From the NCBI GenBank assembly GCA_963823665.1, contig CAWGMQ010000008.1, positions 1,760,001-1,824,000 on the forward strand: a DNA stretch of 64,000 nt. Direction: 5' to 3'. Origin of the DNA: an uncultured Planctomycetota bacterium. GTDB taxonomy: Bacteria; Planctomycetota; Planctomycetia; Isosphaerales; Isosphaeraceae. The position numbers were made by a program, and so were the translations under genes. Positions within the stretch are counted from its first letter, which is position 1. Each line of letters starts with the position of its first letter. Below are positions 57,727-64,000 of this stretch, piece after piece. The notes under the pieces are model-generated. The model made no database searches and was not told where the DNA came from. It saw only the letters and a list, made by a program, of their open reading frames with translations.

Positions 57727-58479
57727 TTGAGGATCGTCGCCTGGAACATTAACCACCGCATTCGAGAAAAGGTCATCCCAGATCAGATGATCGAGGCGAT
57801 CGTCTCACTCGGCCCCGACGTCATCGTCTTGACCGAGTGCGTCCACGGGCCTTCCCGCAGTGCATTTCTCGAGAAGCTAGCGGATCACGGTTTGTGTCGA
57901 TGGCTCGTTTCCGAGTGCAGGAAGCGCGAGAATCACGTGCTGATTGCGTCACGGACGGCAATTGAACAGGGGCCAATCCGGGCGCCAGAGATCGCCCCTT
58001 CAGTGCCATCGAACGTGCTTCACGTTCGTCTGCCGGAAGAAGGGCTCGAAATCCTCGGAATTCGTGTGCCCGACCTCAGCAAGGATCCGAAAACCAAGCG
58101 GGCCTGCTGGAATTGGATCATCGAAACGGCGAAATCCGTGAGGGATCGTCCGTTTGTGATGATCGGCGACTTCAACACCGACCCGAAGTACCCGCCGAGC
58201 AAGTGCGGTGGTTGCATCAAGACGCTCGTTGCTGGCGGCTGGCAGCTCGCTTCTCCTGCGGACGGTGCGAGCTTCTGGACCTTGAACGGCCATGCGGTCT
58301 GCATCGACCACGCGTTCGTGAGTGGACTCTTGCGCGTCGATGGAGCGTGCTACGTTACGAAGCGCGACGGGCACATTTTCGCGGGGAAGGAGCCAGGCGC
58401 ACTGTCGGACCATGCTGCCCTATTGGTCGATGTCACGCTGGGCGCGTCGTTTCTACGTGACGCGCACGCGGGAGAGTAG
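57727..58479 (+). CDS. Endonuclease/exonuclease/phosphatase (EEP) family protein
   Basis: IVAWNI, PDVIVLTE, MIGDFNT, IDHAFVS, LSDHAAL; TTG start after GAGGTG. Confidence 0.88.
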   Translation: MRIVAWNINHRIREKVIPDQMIEAIVSLGPDVIVLTECVHGPSRSAFLEKLADHGLCRWLVSECRKRENHVLIASRTAIEQGPIRAPEIAPSVPSNVLHVRLPEEGLEILGIRVPDLSKDPKTKRACWNWIIETAKSVRDRPFVMIGDFNTDPKYPPSKCGGCIKTLVAGGWQLASPADGASFWTLNGHAVCIDHAFVSGLLRVDGACYVTKRDGHIFAGKEPGALSDHAALLVDVTLGASFLRDAHAGE

Positions 58480-58765
58480 AGAAAGCCGCGGTGGCGCCTG
58501 TCGATGATCAAGCAGCGAAGACTTCTCTCATTCGGCCGACTCTTTTCACGAGGCGCCCTCCGACTCCTCTCACAAGCTGGAAAAGATTCCGCCAGGATGA
58601 GCTTACGAGGCTGAGGCCGATGGCGGTTCTCGCTTCTGGCGGGACGCATTTGGCCCTTGAATTTGTTGGATACGTGACAGGGCGGGAGCGATCGTGCGCC
58701 GTCGACGGGTCGTGCGGGTCGGACCGATCGTGCTGGCGCCTGGCACCGTGGTGCGGCTCGTGAAT

Positions 58766-58795
58766 TTGGACGGTCGCGGTCGGCGGTGGTAAGAT
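58766..58795 (+). promoter_or_regulatory. Putative internal promoter for the ATPase-TOPRIM pair
   Basis: TTGGAC-N18-TAAGAT with extended TG. Confidence 0.35.
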
Positions 58796-58895
58796 TGAGG
58801 TTCGGATACGTTGAAGCACCTGGGCCGGCTCGTGTGGTCTTGGTTCGAGATCTGCCGTTCGGTTGCTCTGTCTCTGGCCCCCGGGAGCGAACGAG

Positions 58896-59879
58896 ATGCC
58901 CCCCGTCAGCCCACCTCCGATCGCACTGACATCGCTGAGGATACGCGACTTCCGGGGAATTGAATCACTCGAACTCGATTTCCAAGGGCCGGATGGCCTG
59001 CCCAATCGCCTCGTCGTACTGTCCGGGCCGAACGGAAGCGGCAAGACGGCCGTGCTCGAAGCCGCATTGATCGCCGTCGGCGGTTACAAGCTCGCCGTCG
59101 GACATCGTGGAAAGCGGGCCGTTCGGCGAGGAGCCGAAGATTACGAGATTCGAGCGGAAATCCGCGCACGCACGAGCACGTACGACGACGATGAGGTGTT
59201 TGTGGATTCCTCTGGGGGTCTACCGCCGAGGAATGACCCCAGGTTGCCTTTCTGGTACTTCTCTTCCTGGCGTGCACCGACTCTCGTCGGAGCGGTCAAT
59301 GTGAGCGTCGGCAAGCGGGGGCGGAGTCCCGCCACGACGGAACCGAATCGCTTGCTGCACGTGAAACAGAAGCTCGCGAATGCTGCCGCCGCGGAAAGCT
59401 TCCCCGGGGCTAACCCGTCTCAGGGGCGCAGCTATTCGGAATGGATTGCCAGGATCAATGAGGGTTGGAAGAAGTTCTACCCCGATCGCAACGGCGAGTT
59501 CGTCGTCGGCCTCATTGAGTCGGAGGGGGCCGGTGATGGGGCCTTTGAGGTGTTCTACAGGCGGGAGGGCTCGGCATCGCTTTCGGTCGATGAGTTGAGC
59601 GCGGGGCAACTGGAATTGTTCATGTTCCTGACGACACTCGTCCTGAACGACGATCGAGAGGGAATCGTGTTCATCGACGAGCCCGAACTGCATCTTGATC
59701 CCCAGTGGCACACGCCGATTGTCCGTGCATTAATGCAGTTGCAGCCCCGAGCGCAATTCATTGTTGCGACGCACTCTCCCGGCATCTACGACGCGGCGAT
59801 GTCTTATGAGCGGCATTTCCTGGTCGCCGAAGACGACCCGCGCGCACGCGCATGGCCGAGAATCGGCGCAGGGGCGTAA
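58896..59879 (+). CDS. ABC/AAA_21-type ATPase, PARIS AriA-like
   Basis: LRIRDFRGI, GPNGSGKT, LSAGQ, IDEPELHLDP, IVATHS; no TM segments. Confidence 0.88.
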   Translation: MPPVSPPPIALTSLRIRDFRGIESLELDFQGPDGLPNRLVVLSGPNGSGKTAVLEAALIAVGGYKLAVGHRGKRAVRRGAEDYEIRAEIRARTSTYDDDEVFVDSSGGLPPRNDPRLPFWYFSSWRAPTLVGAVNVSVGKRGRSPATTEPNRLLHVKQKLANAAAAESFPGANPSQGRSYSEWIARINEGWKKFYPDRNGEFVVGLIESEGAGDGAFEVFYRREGSASLSVDELSAGQLELFMFLTTLVLNDDREGIVFIDEPELHLDPQWHTPIVRALMQLQPRAQFIVATHSPGIYDAAMSYERHFLVAEDDPRARAWPRIGAGA

Positions 59880-59885
59880 CCGGCC

Positions 59886-60731
59886 ATGCCGCACGACGTT
59901 GCCCGCGATGCGCTCTACAACGGCCAGATCAACATCTGGGTCGAAGACGAGGTCACGCGTGCCTACCTTTCCGCCCTCTGGGATACGCCCGCCGTCGCGT
60001 TCTTCATCGGTGGCGGCAACGAAGGTGTCCGCGCCATCGTGAAGGACGCAGAAGAGTCGGGTTTCACAAATGTGTTCGCTCTGATCGACCGTGACTTCCG
60101 GCGAACGAATAGGCCGGACTGGTTCGCGACGACGAAAACGTTTCGCACGTTCGTCCCGCCGGTCCACGAGATCGAGAATTACCTGCTGGACGCTGATGCG
60201 TTGGCCGCGAGTCGTTTCAACAACCTGAAAAAGTCAAAGGTAGAGATCGAATCGGTGATGCGTGTGGCCGCCGGTCGGCTATTGTGGTGGGCCGCGTGCA
60301 GGGATGTTGTCGCGGAGTTGAGGCGGCGGTTCCGGGAAGGGTTCCTGCGCGATCCCACCTGCGACGTGAGCAGCGACATTCAGGCTCGAGACCACATTTG
60401 CTCATCACCCTGGTTTCGGAAACTCGCACACGAGTGCGAGCGGACAACCGAGGCGGAGGTCGACCAACTGTTATCCACCGCTCGCGCCGCAGCAGACCAG
60501 GCCCTAGCTGACGGGAACTGGAAGTCCGAGTTCGCGGGCAAGGAAATCCTCCGCGATGTCGGCAGCCGGATCTGCGACCGCACGAAGATTCGAGGGTATA
60601 AGCCGAGCGCGGCTGAGTTCGATGGTGATCTTGCGAAAGAGGTCGGTGCCTGGCAGAGGGACAACGATGCTGTTCCGTCTGATCTCACCGATCTGCTTGT
60701 CGCGCTTCAGATTCGGATTGCACGTTCTTGA
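59886..60731 (+). CDS. TOPRIM (DUF4435-like) nuclease, PARIS AriB-like
   Basis: IWVED, IGGG.EGV, ALIDRDF (DxD), HEIENYLL, GKE near the C-terminus; starts 6 bp after the ATPase. Confidence 0.8.
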   Translation: MPHDVARDALYNGQINIWVEDEVTRAYLSALWDTPAVAFFIGGGNEGVRAIVKDAEESGFTNVFALIDRDFRRTNRPDWFATTKTFRTFVPPVHEIENYLLDADALAASRFNNLKKSKVEIESVMRVAAGRLLWWAACRDVVAELRRRFREGFLRDPTCDVSSDIQARDHICSSPWFRKLAHECERTTEAEVDQLLSTARAAADQALADGNWKSEFAGKEILRDVGSRICDRTKIRGYKPSAAEFDGDLAKEVGAWQRDNDAVPSDLTDLLVALQIRIARS

Positions 60732-60783
60732 AGAGCGCTTTGAAATGGGGCAGAAATCATTTCCTGCAGTCGACGTCAAGCGC

Positions 60784-60829
60784 GCCGCAGAGCGGCAGAA
60801 AGGCCGTTCCCACGCAGAGCGTTGGAACG
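60784..60829. repeat. REP-like element GCCGCAGAGCGGC..CGTTCCCACGCAGAGCGTTGGAACG
   Basis: Same family as 22738-22784. Confidence 0.75.
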
Positions 60830-61113
60830 AGAACGTTCTCGTTCGCGAAGGGCATGATCCGAAATCGGGAAGGTCATTCAGGCCTGTTCTCGGCCTCACT
60901 TCTTGAAGGGATCTCATTCTCGGGATACCGAAGCCGACCTGGGACGATTTGAAGTACCAGGAGTTTCCTGGTTGGCGGACGAGAGCGCCGACGCTTTGTG
61001 CTCGCTCGGTTAGTATGATTGGTGCGATGACGTCTGTCCCGACATCGGCGTCGAATCGGTGAGCCTAGTGCGCCTGCGGTTTTGAGAAGCCCACTGAAGG
61101 AGCTACGGCCGTC

Positions 61114-64000
61114 ATGAGCGTCCTACAATCCATCCCATCGCCAACCAAGATTCGCGAAGAGCTCGAGCAGATGGTTCTCAAGGATCTGCTTGGGCCGGCG
61201 GGTGGGGCGGAGGAGGAGATTGACGAGCAGAGCGTTCGGGACCGGTACCTCGTCGGGATGCTCGCGCCCACGCGGCAGGAGCTAGCGCCTGAGGAATTTG
61301 ATGAGCTGAGCCAGGGGGGGAGTGCGCCGGTCGAGGACGGGTCGGCGGAACTCACCGCGCCGAGCACCAAAACGATGTTTCCCTCGTCGTTCGGGATGAC
61401 GTTTGCTGTCAATCGGGAGGCCAAAGAACTACGCGTAACGGCTCGGTGGGGGCATTACCGGCGCGACCGCAGCGAGAATCTCACAAACGCCAAAGGCGAC
61501 AAGAAACTCATCTGGAAACGCTGCCAGAGGGAAGCTGTCTCGGAGCCGATTGCCCTCAAGGCCGGCAAGATCAGGTGGACGCCGGATGTCGAGTTTCCGC
61601 AGGTGCAGGTGCACGGGCTCGTCCGCAAGCGCGAGGACTTCTGGAGCGTCACGCTGTTCCTCGTCAACGGGCAGCAGGAACCGCAGAAGCTGAGGGACAC
61701 GGCCTGGTTGTTTCAGCCTGTGCTCAGCGTCGAATCGCCCGACGGGGAGCCGATCTTCCACTGCCAGCCGACCGGGCGGGATTCGGGCAGGGCCGATCCG
61801 GTGGCGTTTGCCGAGGAGCAGGAGATGGCGATGCTGTATCGCCGCCGCGTCGAGTTTGCGGTCGGGCACGGGGTCAGCGTGAGCGCGATTTGTCCGGATG
61901 GAATCAGCGACCGGGCGTCGCGTTTGACGACCGAGGTCGTTCCCACCTATGAGGTCGCGCGGACTACGCCACCCGCTTTGGCCGAACGGCCTGGCATGCA
62001 TGGGCTCGTAACGGACATGAAGGAGCTGGGCGAGACGGAGACTCCGCAACTGGAGGCGAAGCTACGGCCATTGATCACGGCCTATGCAGCTTGGATCGCG
62101 GAACGAGGGGCTGACCTTCAACAGCCCGATATGGCAGGCCACCAGGAGCCGGGGCGTGCTGCGCTCGCGCGATGCCGGGAGACGCTGCGCCGCATCGAAG
62201 ACGGCATCGAGCTGTTGCTCGAGGACGCGCTGGCGGCGGAGGCGTTCCGGTTTGCCAACCTGGCCATGTGGCAGCAGCGCATTCACACGATCGTTTCGCT
62301 CAAGAGGCGGCGGGATGAGCAGGTCGACGAGCGGTCGATCGATGTTCCGGCGAATCGGTCGTGGTATCCGTTTCAGCTTGCGTTTGTGCTGCTCAACCTG
62401 CGCGGGATCACCAAGCTCGACCATTCGGAGAGGTGCGGGGCGCTGACGCTGGTGCGGACCTGCTGTGGTTTCCGACCGGTGGCGGGAAGACCGAGGCTTA
62501 TCTGGGGCTGTCGGCGTACACGATGGGATTACGGCGACTGCAGGGGATGGTGGCGGGGCGATCGGGCGAGCACGGGGTTGCGGTGCTCATGCGGTACACG
62601 CTTCGCCTTCTGACGATCCAACAGTTCCAGCGAGCGAGCGCGCTGGTCTGTGCGTGTGAGGTGATTCGCCGGACCGATGAGTCGAAGTGGGGGAACGAGC
62701 CGTTCCGCGCGGGGTTATGGGTCGGGCAGAAGACGACTCCGAACACGACGGAAGCGGCTGCGGAGGCGATTCAGCAGGAACATGGCGGGAAGTACAAAGG
62801 GCGAGGGAGCGGCTCGCCGGCGCAGTTGACGAATTGCCCATGGTGCGGCTCGAAGATTAACCCGGGGCGTGACATCAAGGTCGAGCGGTTTGCCAAGGGC
62901 CGGTGCCGGACGATTTCGTTCTGCGGTGATGTGCTGGGACGGTGTCCGTTCAGCGCGAAGAATTCACCGCTGGAGGGCATTCCGGTGCTGGTGGTCGACG
63001 AGGAGATTTACCGCCGCTTGCCAAGCTTGTTGATCGCCACTGTCGACAAGTTCGCCCAGATGCCGTGGAACGGCACGGTGCAGATGCTGTTCGGCCAGGT
63101 TGACGGATATTGCACGCGTCACGGTTTCCGCTCGCCCGAGATCGAGGACAGCGACACGCATCCGAAGAAGGACAGGTTTCCATCGGCGAAGACAATTCCA
63201 CACGCGCTGCTTCGGCCGCCGGACCTGATTATCCAGGACGAGCTCCACTTGATCAGCGGGCCGCTCGGGACCTTGGTCGGGCTCTACGAGACGGCCGTGG
63301 ACAAGCTGTGCTCGTGGACGGTTGACGGCAAGACGGTGCGACCGAAGCTGATCGCTTCAACGGCGACGATTCGCAAGGCGGGCGACCAGGTGCATGCGAC
63401 GTTTCTGCGGAAGGTGAGTGTGTTCCCGCCCAACGGGCTGGAGGTTGGGGACAACTTCTTCGCTTTGCAGCGCGCGCCTTCCGAGCAATATCCAGGGCGG
63501 CGGTATCTCGGCATCTGCGCGCCGGGTCGGCGGCTGAAGGTTGCCCTGATCAGGGTGTATGTCGCGTTGCTTTCGGCCGCGCAGGCTCTTTACGAGAAGA
63601 AAGCGTATGGGCTCGAGGTTGACGCATGGATGACACTGCTGGGCTATTTCAACTCGATGCGTGAGCTGGGCGGGATGCGACGGCTTGTCGACGACGATGT
63701 GCGCACGCGACTGGGGAAGATGGACCAGCGGGGGCTCGTTCGCAGGACGCTGTATTCGATCGACGAGCTGACCTCGCGGAAAGACTCGACGGATATTCCC
63801 GACGTGCTCGACCATCTCGAGGTTGCATTCGACCCGCAATCGGAGGCACGGCGGAAAGAGCTGCAACGGAAGGGTCACATCAAGGAATTGCCGAAGCGGC
63901 CGCTCGACGTGCTGCTGGCGACCAACATGGTTTCGGTGGGCGTCGACGTGCAGCGGCTGGGGTTGATGGTGGTCGGAGGGCAGCCGAAGACGACGGCCGA
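61114..64000 (+). CDS. drmA: DISARM helicase DrmA (partial, runs off the window end); frameshift near 62438
   Basis: DLLGPAGG..RDRYLVGMLAP; WYPFQLAF; DLLWFPTGGGKTEAYLGL; MRYTLRLLTIQQFQRA; IIQDELHLISGPLG; LATNMVSVGVDVQRLGLM. Confidence 0.93.

Noticed and set aside
58491..58763. Small ORF between the EEP and ATPase genes
   Set aside because: No motif or clear RBS; could be a remnant but is unsupported

Overview
High-GC bacterial DNA, almost certainly Planctomycetota and Isosphaeraceae-like (LEPR-XLL secreted proteins, DUF4058, TIGR02999-type ECF sigma with Ser/Thr kinases). Many single-base frameshifts in otherwise intact genes look like long-read indel errors. Five blocks. (1) 1.5-9.2 kb, minus strand: a polymorphic-toxin cassette array with two toxin/immunity pairs (caspase-like peptidase tip + WD40 lipoprotein; HINT + PD-(D/E)XK nuclease tip + small soluble protein). 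They share a ~410 bp homology block, lie between ~630-750 bp direct repeats, and every cassette 5' boundary sits at a REP-like element, next to a RAYT/IS200-type transposase cut at one such element. (2) 9.7-15.3 kb: a giant LEPR-XLL/beta-helix/DUF11/Calx-beta surface protein. (3) 15-31 kb: metabolic genes, including a HAD/DHS-like/PfkB operon and a NIPSNAP-MBL-ThuA fusion. (4) 31.6-46 kb: an ECF sigma/Ser-Thr kinase locus with a triplicated upstream motif, two more LEPR-XLL proteins and a GH55 glucanase between direct repeats. (5) 47-64 kb: a class 1 DISARM anti-phage system (drmD, drmMI, drmA running off the end) with seven cargo genes nested inside, including a PARIS-like ATPase+TOPRIM pair, a HEPN-like protein, an EEP nuclease and a translationally coupled putative toxin/antitoxin-TPR pair. 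No rRNA, tRNA or CRISPR array was recognised. All family calls come from motif recognition by eye, not database searches.
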